The position numbers and the translations under genes were made by a program. A stretch of DNA of 63,272 nt from Octopus sinensis (Eukaryota): assembly GCF_006345805.1 (NCBI RefSeq), contig NW_021831874.1, forward strand, positions 1 to 63,272. Direction: 5' to 3'. The first letter of the stretch is position 1. The number at the start of each line of letters is the position of its first letter. Shown here in pieces: positions 1-12,179 of this stretch. The notes under the pieces are model-generated. The model made no database searches and had not been told where the DNA came from. It worked only from the letters and a program-made list of their open reading frames with translations.

Positions 1-372
1 TCTGAAACAGCTGTAGTGAATGAGCCTCAGCCCATTTGTGTTATTATTTATACTATACCACACTCGGCACCTTCCCTTCGTTTGTATCTGGAACATACAG
101 TAGGCTGTGGACTGCATGCCGGATAGATAGACAGTGAGTGATTTTACATATACACGGGTTATTACATCGATGAGTATATTGATCTGTCCATGTGCATGTA
201 TATCTAAGGCATGTATATCTAAAGTCCGTATATATATATTAGTACGTACATGAGTGTCTATATATATTGTTGATACACGGATATGCTGATCTCCACTCTA
301 CCTTAGTGTCCTTACTCAAAAATCTCGATATTACTGAATCGTGCAAATAATTAATATATATATATATATAAT

Positions 373-663
373 ATCACGTGATCACGTGACCGACCAGACC
401 ATCAGATGTTGCTACACATCGCTGGTCACAATGCGTTCGCGTTGTTTTAGCTTTCGAATGACGCTACCCCGCTGGCTAAGCGAGCAGGCCAACAGAAGAA
501 AGAGTGAGAGAAAGAGTGGTGAAAGAGTACAGCAGGGATCACCACCTCCTGCCGGAGCCTCGTGGAGCTTTATGTGTTTTCGCTCAATAAACACTCACAA
601 CGCCCGGTCTAGGAATCGAAACCGCGAGTCCGCTGCCCTAACCACTAGGCCATTGCGCTCCAC
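373..663 (-). mobile_element. tRNA-derived SINE, family A (tail A1)
   Basis: Minus strand reads TGGCCTAGTGGTTAGGGCAGCGG...GGTTTCGATTCC (A/B-box-like head). Body and tail match 22692-22992; flanked by (TA)n. Confidence 0.8.
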
Positions 664-1087
664 TATATATATATATAAATATACACACGCACACACACGC
701 AAACACAAACACATGCACATGTGAATAGGAGCGAGATCGTATTCTCTGGTATAAGTATTGAATCCGCTGGAAATTTGGTTAAATGTGGACATATATTATT
801 CGATATTCAATTTGCCATTAAATAAACAACTTTAAACCTACATTAGGAGGAATTTCAATTGCCGTATGTAAATTTGCATTATTTCAGATAACATTCATTT
901 GTAAGATTTGATAAGGTGAAAGTGAGTCAGATATTCACCCTTTCACGCACGCACACATACACACACTCACACACACAAATAGATAAATAAGAGATATAAA
1001 TACGTAGAGAAAGTGAGAGTAAGTGTGAATGAGGGAGAAAGAGGGCGAGAGAGAGAAAAAGAGAGAGAGAGAAAAAGTGAGAGAGAT

Positions 1088-1149
<62 letters not shown>

Positions 1150-1454
1150 CATATTTGCACAATTGCTAGAAAATGGAATAATTTGCTTTTGCGATAATGG
1201 TTCCGGCTCTCTGCCATATGTATGCTAATCCTTCTGACTTTAATTTTGGTTTTTCATCCTCTCTGAGTCGAATTCCTGATTTTCTCTAAATCGCTCTTTC
1301 TATTGTTCCCTTTCTCCACTTCTAAAAGACGTTTACTGTGGCGAGACCTAGAGAGGGATGTGCTGCGCTCTGTTTAACACGGCCTTCACACGATGTGTAA
1401 ACAACCGCAGCACTCCTACAAGGATTTAAATGGTCATGGCATATATACATAAAT

Positions 1455-1703
1455 GGAGGTATATGGCTTAGTGGCTAAGGTGTTGCACTCATGAACGTCA
1501 GATTGTGGTTTCGATTCCTGGACTGGACGATGTATTGAGTTCGTGAACAAACCACTTCATTTCACGATGCTCCAGTCCACTCGAGTGGCAAAAATGAGTA
1601 ATCCTACGACAGCTCATTGTTCCGTCGCATGGAGAAACCTGTAGGTCACAGAATCTGGGAAACTGGCCTTACGAGTCTATATGGCTTGAGAAGGACGTTT
1701 CAT
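1455..1703 (+). mobile_element. tRNA-derived SINE, family C (degenerate)
   Basis: Head TGGCTTAGTGG...GGTTTCGATTCC, then core ttcacgatgctccagtccactc..gcaaaaatgagt shared with 22128-22448, 25791-26128 and 51351-51684. Confidence 0.65.
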
Positions 1704-1738
1704 GTTTTATGTGTGTGTGTGTGTGCGTGTGCGTGCGC

Positions 1739-2410
1739 ATATATATATAAAACTGAGAATGTCTGTCTGTCTGTCTGTCTGTGTGAATCCCTAAAACTTG
1801 AGAACTACACAACCAATTTCATTCAAATTTTACACATGCCTTACTTAGGGTCCATGTAATGTCATGGGCAAAAAAATGTTTAACTTCTTGCCTAGGGAAA
1901 GCCCACAGCAATATATCTTCTCCACTATTTCAGTATTACGTGTTAAAAGTGAAACAAAAACATCTCTCTATTGTAATCTATATATAAAATTGAGAATGTG
2001 TGTCTGTCTGTCTATCTGTCTGTCTGTCTGTCTGTTTGAATCCCTAAAACCTGAGAACTACACAACTAATTTCATTCAAATTTTACACATGCCTTACTTA
2101 GGGTCCATGTAATGTCATGGGCAAAAATTAACTTCTTGCTTAGGGCGAGCCCACAGCAATATATCTTCTCCACTATTTCAGTATTACGTGTTAAAAGTGA
2201 AACAAAAACATCTCTCTATTGTAATGTCAGATGCTTTCACATTAATAATGAAACTATTAAAGTCAAACTATTATATAAGTGGGAGGAACCATTAACAGTG
2301 GACATCCATTTTGCTAGAAGAATATCCGCTATATGCTACACCACTGGTTTTCAATTCATACTAATCAAATTAATATTCAATTTTTCACCCTTATTATTTT
2401 AAATTTAAGT
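1739..2410 (+). mobile_element. Non-autonomous Helitron-like 5' ends, two tandem copies
   Basis: A ~238 bp unit (1739-1976) is repeated from 1977. Copy 2 starts A^TC-tatatataaaa followed by (CTGT)n and aatttcattcaaatttt, as in microsatellite-bearing Helitron-like elements. No 3' CTAG end seen. Confidence 0.5.
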
Positions 2411-2411
2411 T

Positions 2412-2620
<209 letters not shown>

Positions 2621-2878
2621 GTATACATATGCATGTATATATGTAGATGTATATATATTGATGTATATATATATATATACATGTATATATATGGATGTAT
2701 ATATATATACATGTATATATATGGATGTATATATATATACATGTATATGTTTAGATGTATTTCTCTAGATATACATGTATGTGTAGATGTATATATATAT
2801 AGATGTACATGTAATATGTACACATATATACATGCATACATATATACACCCATACACACGTACACCCACCACACATAC

Positions 2879-3250
2879 ATAGGTGCAGGTGTGGCTGTGT
2901 GGTAACAAACTTGGTTCCAAAACACATGGTCCTCAGTTCAGTCTCACTGTGTGGTAACTTGGCATGTTTCTTCTGCTATAGCCTCTGACCAACCAAAGCC
3001 TAGTCAGTGGATTTTGTAGATAGAAACTGAAAGTCAATTGTATATATATGTATGTATATATGTAAGTCTATGTGTGTGTCACATCACTGCTTCACAACTG
3101 TTGTTCGTTTATTTACATCCCCATAACTTACTGGTTTCGTAAGAAGAAACTGATAGAATAAGTACCAGGCTTATCAAAATAAAATAAAGCACTAGGCAGT
3201 GTCTCATACTTTTGTTTGCCCACTCAGTTGTATCTATCAATTTCTTTTTG
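2879..3250 (+). mobile_element. SINE family B, degenerate, 3' part locally duplicated at ~3467-3720
   Basis: Head ggtgcaggtgtggctgtgtggtaa...ctcagttcagtctcactg, then gatagaataagtaccaggctt as in the intact copy at 9249. Confidence 0.65.
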
Positions 3251-3257
3251 TGTGTAC

Positions 3258-3288
<31 letters not shown>

Positions 3289-3343
3289 TATATATATACA
3301 CACACACACACACATAATATATATATATATATAATATGTATAT

Positions 3344-3460
<117 letters not shown>

Positions 3461-3732
3461 CATATATGGATTTCGTAGACAGGAACTGAAACAAATCAAT
3501 CGTATATATATGTATGTATATAATGTATGTGTGACTTTGTCTCGGTGTTTTGCCCTCATCACTGCTTCACAACTGCTGTTCATTATTTACATCCACATAA
3601 CTTACTGGTTTCACAAGAACAAACTAATAGAATAAGTACCAGGCTTATCAACATAAAAAAGCACTAGGCTGTGTCTCATATTTTTGTTTGCCCACTCACA
3701 TGTATCTATCAATTTATCTTTGCATTTATATA

Positions 3733-3774
<42 letters not shown>

Positions 3775-3777
<3 letters not shown>

Positions 3778-5086
3778 ACCCTAATAGGGGCCTTAACTCC
3801 CAAATTTTAGTCATTTCTTTTATGATCCAAAACTAGGTTAAAAGTACTGAATGGATCTTTATGAAATTTGGAAATTATATTCTATGCATAAGGATCATAA
3901 CCCCCATGACAATTCATATAATTTTGCTGTTGATGATATTTTAACCATAGATATTAGACGCAAATGAAGTAATATTTATAAAATTTCATCACCTTATAAG
4001 TTAGGAAGACTCCTCCGTGGGGACCTAACACCCACAATTTTGTCCTTTTATCTAAGCAAAAACGAATACGGTTGTGCTCTTGGAAGCTGTAGGGTTACCC
4101 GAGCATAAAAGATGAGCATTATTTGTAATTCAGTGGTACAACAGTGTAACAGTTTGCTTTGACATACACTTACATTGTGATTTCTGCAATGTGGTGCATA
4201 ACTTGTCAAGTAAATGAGAGGCATCTTTGCCTCCACTGATTCAGTTGCAAAGTGTTTTGTAAAGTTATTTCATTGCAGACCTCCTTTTAGTCTTTTTATT
4301 ATCACTGGGTCACACATAGTCCCCAGATGGTAACATTGATTTCAAGGCCTTACCAGATGTGACTTCTTATTCAAAGACATTTATATATTGTAAATTTATT
4401 CTGTCCAGTTACGTATCAGTATAGTGGTCATTTGCAAACTCCAGAGGTGACACTTTCATTTCTCCTTAGCACTCACGTCACACAGTTGTTAATGTTTATT
4501 TCAGTTGGGTCACGCCCTTCCAATTGCTATACATTCGTAATGCCTCTTACGGCTGTGCCTGTCACCTACATGGTGAGGAATCCTACATTGGGAGTGGTAA
4601 CGACTAGGGTAGCGTAGCTGAATGCTTATTGTGATCATTCATCTTTTGGTTTCCTGTAGCTTTGCTCTCTTTTACAAACCCAGTGAAGATATATTTCCTA
4701 TTTCAAAGAAATCCAAGCAATAGATATAAGACACAAGTTAAAAATATTCTCAACAATTCAACTTCTCTTGTTGACATTAAGATGCCCACTCCCACAGGGG
4801 CGCTAACACTCAGTTTATAGCTCTATGATCTCCATTTTTCAGGAGCAAAATCTTTTTAACAAGTTCAATAAGACTGGAATTTTGGAATATGCGCATAAAA
4901 ATCAGTAGTATGGGATACATATGGCACGATTACAATTTTTTAGCGCGTGTAAAGCGGGAAATAACCCTCATCTGCAATTTTGATGAAATTCGAAACATAG
5001 ATATTCCAGGTCATTACAGAAAATATAACAGAAAAGTCTAATTCTTCAATTGAATGTAACACGGGTAACGCCGGGTATCTCTGCTA

Positions 5087-5088
<2 letters not shown>
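3775..5088 (+). mobile_element. Putative non-autonomous Helitron-like element (~1.3 kb)
   Basis: 3' end is cgg-gtaacg-ccg hairpin plus ctgCTAG^T (5062-5088), matching the 18740 end. The atgaaatttgg motif lies near the 5' side. The 5' boundary is uncertain (lost in TA). Confidence 0.5.
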
Positions 5089-5126
<38 letters not shown>

Positions 5127-5127
5127 C

Positions 5128-5333
5128 CCTCTTACACTTTTACTTGTCTTAGTCATTTGACCGTGGCCATGCTGGAGCATGGAGATTTTTAGCCGAAGTA
5201 ATAGACTTATTCTTTGGAAGCCTAGTACTTATTCTATAGGTCTCATTTGCCGAACCGCTAGGGTACGGGGACGTAAACACACTAACACCGGTTGTCAGGT
5301 GATGACGGGGAATAAAGACAGACACACAGACAG

Positions 5334-5335
<2 letters not shown>
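5128..5335 (-). mobile_element. SINE family B, 3' half
   Basis: cttgtcttagtcatttgaccgtggccatgctggagc is the reverse complement of the family B tail. Confidence 0.7.
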
Positions 5336-5381
<46 letters not shown>

Positions 5382-5420
5382 GTACATGTATGAATGTATG
5401 TCTGTATATATATATATATG

Positions 5421-5816
5421 TTACTCTTTTACTCTTTTACCAGTATCAGTCATTTGACTGAAGTCATGCTGGAGCACCGCCTTTAGTCGAAAAAATCGAC
5501 CCCAGGACTTATTCTTTGTAAGCCTAGTAGTTACTATATCGGTACTCTTGCCGAACCGCTAAGTTTCGGGTACATAAACACACAAACATTGGTTGTGAAG
5601 CGATGGTGGAGGGATTCACACACATAAATATATATGCATATATACATACACGACAGGTTTCTTTCAGTTTCCGTCTACCAAATACACTCACAAGGCCTTA
5701 GTCGGCCCGAGGCTATAGTAGAAGACATTTGCCCAAGGTGCCACGCAGTGGGACTGAACCCCCGGAATCACGTGGTTGGGAAGCCAGCTTCTTACCACAC
5801 AGCCACGCTCGCGCCT
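5421..5816 (-). mobile_element. SINE family B, full length
   Basis: Reverse complement matches 9249-9640 from head to (GTAAAAGA)n tail. Confidence 0.85.
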
Positions 5817-5907
5817 ATATATATTCGTTATAAGATCATAAACCAGAAAAAAAGAGCCTACCCTATAGAGCAGTACTTTATTTCTGTATGTGTAAAGTAA
5901 CAGTTTT

Positions 5908-5959
5908 AGAAAAACATTCGTTTCATATCTAGCGTGAACTAGACCTATCTTCAGTTTCT
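5908..5959 (-). ncRNA. Type I hammerhead ribozyme in PLE 3' region
   Basis: AGAAA-CUGAAGA-u-aggUCUAG(uucacg)CUAGAuau-GAA-AC(gaau)GU-U-UUUCU. Core intact, 5-bp stem I, imperfect base of stem II. Confidence 0.65.
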
Positions 5960-6326
5960 CTAAACGATAACTGTTCTCTTCAAAGAATGTTTTTCTTAAA
6001 AACACAAGAACACCGGTGAGAGTTGAAGAAATATTCCTCCTAAAAAAATTAAGGCCGGGCGAGCTGTCTTCCTTCGCTTGAAAGCTACGTTTTCCAATTT
6101 TGAAGTGGAAATTTCCGAAAACATGAACAACTCCCCACGGTTTCCATCCTGGAGTTAAGGTAGCCTCCTGGCTCATGTGAGTGCATAAGGATTATATATT
6201 TTTCTGCCATACACAATTTACATAGTCTTGTTTCATTGCGTTAGGGTCCACAAGTTTCCAGTAATTTCCACTCGATGCTAAAGTGCGTATGATCGTCCTT
6301 TAGGCGCCATATGTATGCTGCGAATA

Positions 6327-6977
6327 TTATTGTGTTACATCTCCCCGGGACCCTGAAAGATGATGTTTGTATGATCGCATGAAATGCTTAGCAACCAACC
6401 TAAGACAAATCTTACCCACACATGTCCGAACGTTTAGAGAGAAGTGGGTAGCGAACCATAATGTCTTGCGGTGACGTTTCCTTTTATGGTTGTTCGACTC
6501 TGGTGTATATACTATATAGCCCTTGAATCTGCTGGGCGCTAGCGCCTCATTGTAACCGGGAACCGTTGCGTCGAAAATATCTTTATTTGAAGATAAGATC
6601 GAAATCCGTTTACTGATGCCTTTTATTAGGTTTTTGAACACTATGGGCGGGTGGCAGAAGGCTGTATTAATGTATGATAGCCTATCATTCGGTTTGAGGT
6701 ATGGTCTGTAGGTGCCACTGTCTAAATCAAGCGTGACATCCAAGAAGCTCACCACGGTGAAGTTAGTCTCTGTGGTGACTTTAAGGCCAAGGTTGTTGAG
6801 GGTGTGTATGGTGTCTTTTCTAAGCCTATCTAGTGTGTAGCCGTTAGCGCCTCTGGAGATGGCTAAGGTATGGTCTCTATATAAGCCGAAGTGGACAGAC
6901 GGGAATATATTACCCAGGGTGTCCAGAATGTAAAACCCTATAAGGTCGTAAATATCAGCGCTGTCATATGCCCCCAT
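6327..6977 (-). pseudogene. PLE reverse transcriptase C-terminal half (remaining open frame)
   Basis: 216-aa ORF with GLYRDH (degenerate YxDD), FLDVTLDL, YLKP, HPP..FKNL typical of PLE RT/thumb. Confidence 0.85.
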
Positions 6978-7953
6978 CGCGACGTCGAATGAGCATTTGG
7001 GGTCAGTTCTTTTGACTCAGGTTGAATCCTGGTTGAACAGTAGCGTTTTCCTAACGTGCATAATTATATCTATTTCTCTATCATTTATGTCGGTAATTCG
7101 TCTAGCATATACTAATGCCCTCCCTATCAAGTAACATTTTCGATATCGATGGATAAAAGTCTACTATATCGAATTGTATGAACTTAACTCTAAAAGCACT
7201 TCGTTTGGTCTCAAACCATTGTAACACCACTATTGTGTTACGCCATAAAGGGAAATTAAGTGACTTCCTTATGTCTTTATTAACCCTTCATAGGATGTAT
7301 TTACTCACCAGTCCGATTTCAAATTTGGCAGGGTTAATCACGCGGCATTTAGTGTTGGAAGCGAAGTTCAGTTTGTGATCCTTGATAGTTAAAAAAGCAT
7401 TACGTTTAGCCAGCATTTCTATCCTGTCATCGATGTCTAGGTTCGGTGGCTATTCGTTTAGCCTCATTGTTGATATTATCATAAGTATGTGGTGCGGCTC
7501 GTCTATATTTTTGTGTGGAGTTGTTCTCTAAGAGTATGTTGTAGTGGTATTTATCTATCTTATAAAAGTTATTTGTCTTATCTGTATTCTAAAGGAGATT
7601 TATATCGGATCTAAGTCTACTTTGAAAGGAGGATGAGAACTTACGGAAACTAAGGTTTGGTATAATGCCCAGCAGGTCTGCTTCGAAAGCTCCGAGTTCT
7701 TTGATCTTGTGTGAGAAACTTCTAGACTTAATGTTAAAGTGATCTGTATCCGAGTGTGGAGCAGCTTGATCGAAGAAAAAAGCTTTCCACCTCACGCGTC
7801 TTATAATATCAACAGTTTTTTGAAGTAGCATTCTTTTGTATAGTTCATTTGATGGTGTAGGAATATTTTAAAAGGAATATCCAATGTTGTATAAATCAAT
7901 GTTGTATATATATATATATACTTTATTTAAAAGCAGCAGAAATTCAACAAAAC

Positions 7954-7991
7954 CTGTTACTCGGAGTTTCACGTTCCCGTTCGTCGGGCAA
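7954..7991 (-). ncRNA. Degenerate type I hammerhead-like motif upstream of PLE ORF
   Basis: ugc-CCGACGA-ACG(ggaa)CGU-GAA-ACUC(c)GAGU-A-acag. U4C core, short stem II, weak stem I. Confidence 0.45.
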
Positions 7992-8032
7992 TTAAAGTAC
8001 TGGATCTTCTCAGAGAATCCACTATTCCTTAT

Positions 8033-8082
<50 letters not shown>

Positions 8083-8140
8083 GTGTGTGTGTTGTGTGTG
8101 TGTGTATAATATATGTGTGTTTGTATATATGTATATATAT

Positions 8141-9110
8141 ATCAGGCTGAGTAAATCGTAAGGAACGTTTTGAATCAATATGTTTCAATATATTTCAACA
8201 ATGCAGAGATTTTATTCATCGAAGTAAGTACCATTACAATCAGCACATTTTTGCTAAAGATTTACAAGTTTGTTTATTCCGGTAACATAAGCGTTCTGGA
8301 GCCGATAAGGTCTTTGAACGCACTTTTACATCGGTTTGATCTTTGAACTCCTCGAGCTTGAAAAAAGTAATAGCCGGTAGGAGAAAGGTCTGAGAAATTA
8401 ACTGGGTGGGAAAGAACTTCGTAGCCAAGTTCCCTCAGCTTCTGGAGCGTCATTTGCGAATCGTATGGTCGAGCATTGTTATGAAGAATGATTAGTCCTC
8501 TTCTGTTGACTCTGGGAGGGAGGAATAGCAGTTTCCTTCATTCTGACAATTTCATGACAATATGTTTCTGCAGTAATGGTTTTCCCGGTTTTTAAGAAGT
8601 TATAGTGGATGAGCCAAGCAGTACACTACCAAACAGTCACCATAACCTTCTCTTTGAAGAGCTCAGGTTTAGGGGAGGTTTTCGGTACTTCATTCTGGTC
8701 GATCCACTGCGAAGAACATTTTTAATTAGTGCAGAGAATCTACTTTTCATCGCAAGTTACAATACAGTCGAGAAATGGATCGGTTTGTTTATGGAGAAGA
8801 AGCGACAAGCAAATATTTATATCTGCTGATTTTCTGATTTTCATTCAAATTGTGTGGTACCCATTTGTCGAGCTCTTTTTCTTTTCTCATCGCATGCAAA
8901 CAGTTGCAGGCAGATTTCTGGCTAACTTGAAATTCTTTTGCCAGTTCTTGAGTGTTTTTTACGTGGATCTTTTTCAATGACGGTTTTTAATTGACCGCCA
9001 TCGATGACAGATGGGCTTCCACTACGCACACGATATTCAAAGCTCAGGCCTCCACTGCGAAATCGTTTAAACAATTTTCAAAACAATATATATATATATA
9101 TATATATATA
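8141..9110 (-). mobile_element. Mariner transposon remnant
   Basis: ELDKWVPHNL (WVPHEL motif; ORF 8789-8977) and LGYEVLSHP..DLSPTGYYFF (YSPDLAP-like); frameshifted. Confidence 0.75.
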
Positions 9111-9127
9111 TCAACAGTAAATAGTTG

Positions 9128-9180
<53 letters not shown>

Positions 9181-9248
9181 CAACAGTAAATAGTTGCTAA
9201 TCTTCAAAGGTTACAGCAGTGCAAGACATTAACCAGTTTTATATATAT

Positions 9249-9640
9249 AGGCGCAGGAGTGGCTGTGTGGTAAGTAGCTTGTTTACCAACCACATGGTTC
9301 CGGGTTCAGTCCCACTGCGTGGCACCTTGGGCAAGTGTCTTCTACTATAGCCTCGGGCCGACCAATGCCTTGTGAGTGGATTTGGTAGACGAAAACTGAA
9401 AGAAGCCCGTCGTATATATGTATATATATATATATGCATGTGTTTGTGTATCTGTGTTTGTACCCCTAGCATCGCTTGACAACCCAATGGTGGTGTGTTT
9501 ATGTCCCCGTAAGAGACCAATAGAATAAGTACTGGGCTTACAAAAGAATAAGTCCCGGTGTCGAGTTGCTCGATTAAAGGCGGTGCTCCAGCATGGCCGC
9601 AGTCAAATGACTGAAACAAGTAAAAGATTAAAAGAAAGAA
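9249..9640 (+). mobile_element. SINE family B, full length, internal (TA)/(TG) microsatellite
   Basis: tRNA-like head TGGCTGTGTGGTAAG...GGGTTCAGTCCC, ggcaccttgggcaagtgtctt core, tail GGTGCTCCAGCATGGCCGCAGTCAAATGACTGAAAC. Confidence 0.85.
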
Positions 9641-9987
9641 AGATTATATATATATATATATATATATATAGTTATATAATTTTAGTTTGTCATGTTTGTA
9701 TATAGGATGTAAATAGCAAAATAAATTCATATAAAAGAGATCTGATGATTGGCAATATAATCGTTTTAATATGGTATTTAGAGACATTGTATTTCAGCAA
9801 TATCGAGGAATATGTTGTCATGAAACGCATGTAGTCTATATAATGTAAAGTATATGATTTGAAATAAGAATTGAAGGTATTAATTTTGATAATTTGGAAT
9901 AAGAATTGTAGGTATTAATTCTGATAATTTTAATATTTAGTCCTATACGTACATATTGAGTTGCTTGATGGTGATTCTGTCACTTAA

Positions 9988-10113
<126 letters not shown>

Positions 10114-10193
10114 TATCTATATAATATATATATAATATATATATAATATATATATATATTATATATATATTTATGTGTGTGTGTGTACACCGA

Positions 10194-10257
<64 letters not shown>

Positions 10258-10258
10258 G

Positions 10259-10301
<43 letters not shown>

Positions 10302-10879
10302 TTCTATATTTATTGAGGAACCGGAACTATGAACGCACCAAAATTAACATCAGAAACAGCTGTAAGTCTACGACGCGCAAATAATTAAATGTCTAAAGTC
10401 CATTATATATGTCTTATTCTTGTATGTATGTACTTGTGTATGTATGTATGTATGTATGTATGTATGTATGTATGTATGTATGTGTGTGCGCACGTGCACA
10501 AGCGTGTGTGCATGTGCGTGCAAGTGTGCGTGTGCGTGTGTGATTATGTTATCGCTGATTCTTTGCTCTTCGGGTCTCCGTCTTAAGAGTTGCGAACATA
10601 GAACAAGTATTGGAGTTCACAATTTGTTGGTGCACGAAAAGAAAATCCTTATTGATAAAACCACCAGTGGTGACGAAATACATTGACAATCCAATTATTA
10701 AATTTATATCTATATTAGCGTATTATCTAACAATTTTATAGCAAAACTTAAGTGAAATAAACAAAGTAACTGAGTTTTCTAGGAAGTATAAACTCATCGA
10801 AAGATAATTTCGTTTCTTCGATTGATTGCACTGTATTAATCTTGTAACACAAATATAGAAAGGAAATGTATACACCCCC

Positions 10880-10923
<44 letters not shown>

Positions 10924-11123
10924 CAGAGAAAGTCTTTTGTCGGCTGGAGTGAGGGAAGGATAACTACTCTGCTGATGACACCTATTGAGATCCATTTCCT
11001 TAACAACATATAATTACGAGAGAAATTGATTTTTGAAATGATATCCTTTCCTCATTTGGTGTTGGTCATAATTAGTATCAGCCGTTTCTTTTACTCTCCT
11101 TGGAAGCTAACACATCTTTAACC

Positions 11124-11353
11124 TATTTCTTTATTACCCACAAGGGGCTAAACACAGAGGGGACAAACAAGGACAGACATAGGTATTAAGTCGATTACAT
11201 CAACCCCAGTGCGTAACTGGTACTTAATTTATCGACCCCGAAAGGATGAAAGGCAAAGTCGACCTCGGCGGAATTTGAACTCACAACGTAACGCAGACAA
11301 AATACCGCTAAGCATTTCGCCCGGCGTGCTATGTTTCTGCCAGCTCGCCGCCT
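11124..11353 (-). mobile_element. SINE family D, full length, 16-bp target-site duplication
   Basis: Body gaggtcgactttgcctttcatcctttcggggtcgataaattaagtacc. TSD taacacatctttaacc at 11108-11123 and 11354-11369. Confidence 0.9.
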
Positions 11354-11436
11354 TAACACATCTTTAACCGTTTACCCAATTCATGTTACTGATCTCTATG
11401 AGTTATTTGTGTTAGCTCATATTTTTTTGTTTTAAT

Positions 11437-11503
<67 letters not shown>

Positions 11504-11568
11504 ATGTATATGTATGTATGTATATGTGTGTGTTTGTGTGTAGGAATTGTGGAGTACGACTGTCACTA

Positions 11569-11612
11569 CATAAACCTGATGATTGCGTTACGCATTAAAG
11601 TACTAGTTTATG
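11569..11612 (+). ncRNA. Minimal type I hammerhead-like motif with G12U
   Basis: CAUAAAC-CUGAUGA-u-UGCG(uua)CGCA-u-UAA-AGUACU-A-GUUUAUG. Perfect 7-bp stem I and palindromic stem III; catalytic G12 replaced by U. Confidence 0.55.
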
Positions 11613-11892
11613 ACAATGTTGCAAAATTGTAAAATTGTAAAACCATAGTAATTTCAAATAATAAAGGGTGAGAATCAGACTAAGTCGGAATTTCATTGAT
11701 TAATGTAGTTTGATTGATAGGTTAACAGATAGATAGGTAGATATAATAGCTTGCACTCAACTAGAGAAATGGAGAGTAAGTATAGATTAAATATTAAATG
11801 CAACATGAAAGGAAAATACAAAAGCTTAATAATTAAATTAGCTGATAACATTGTTCTATATTTAAGAGGTGAGAATTTATGTACATTATTTT

Positions 11893-11979
11893 CATTATTT
11901 ACATTCGTCAGATATTTGTCCTGATCTTGTGTTAACAACAAACAAGATGAGGACAAATATCCATCGAATGTAAATAATG
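11893..11979. repeat. Isolated hairpin, ~38-bp arms, 11-nt loop
   Basis: cattatttacattcgtcagatatttgtcctgatcttgt pairs with acaagatgaggacaaatatccatcgaatgtaaataatg with 4 mismatches. Confidence 0.85.
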
Positions 11980-12179
11980 TAAATAAGCTGATAACGTTGT
12001 TGTCCATTTTCTGATGCATGCCAGCTCTGATCAGGAATATTTATGATGCGTGATTGTAAAGGCTTTTTTTCGCATATCCAGGGCGATTTTATTAACCGGC
12101 AAAGCGACAGATATGATCCATTGAGATGGTGAAATAAAATGTGACAACCGTGATAAGTAATAGAAAGCAACTGCATTCA

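Larger units (their letters stand above)
5870..7900 (-). mobile_element. Penelope-like element (Naiad/Neptune-type), decayed, GIY-YIG core deleted
   Basis: Manual translation gives N-term GYSF*NIPTPS..RRVRWKAFFF, RT FIQFDIVDFYPSIS and MGAYDSAD..GLYRD, KRKRHRKTLWF, and EN C-term AAYIWRLK..IEWKLL..CKLCMAEKYII..LNSRME. Sequence jumps at ~6375 past the GIY/YIG motifs. Confidence 0.85.

Noticed and set aside
4048-4236. 62-aa Cys/His-rich ORF
   Set aside because: No recognisable domain spacing; left as unassigned cargo.
10570-10690. Mariner-like KTTSGDE peptide
   Set aside because: A single short motif with no flanking support.
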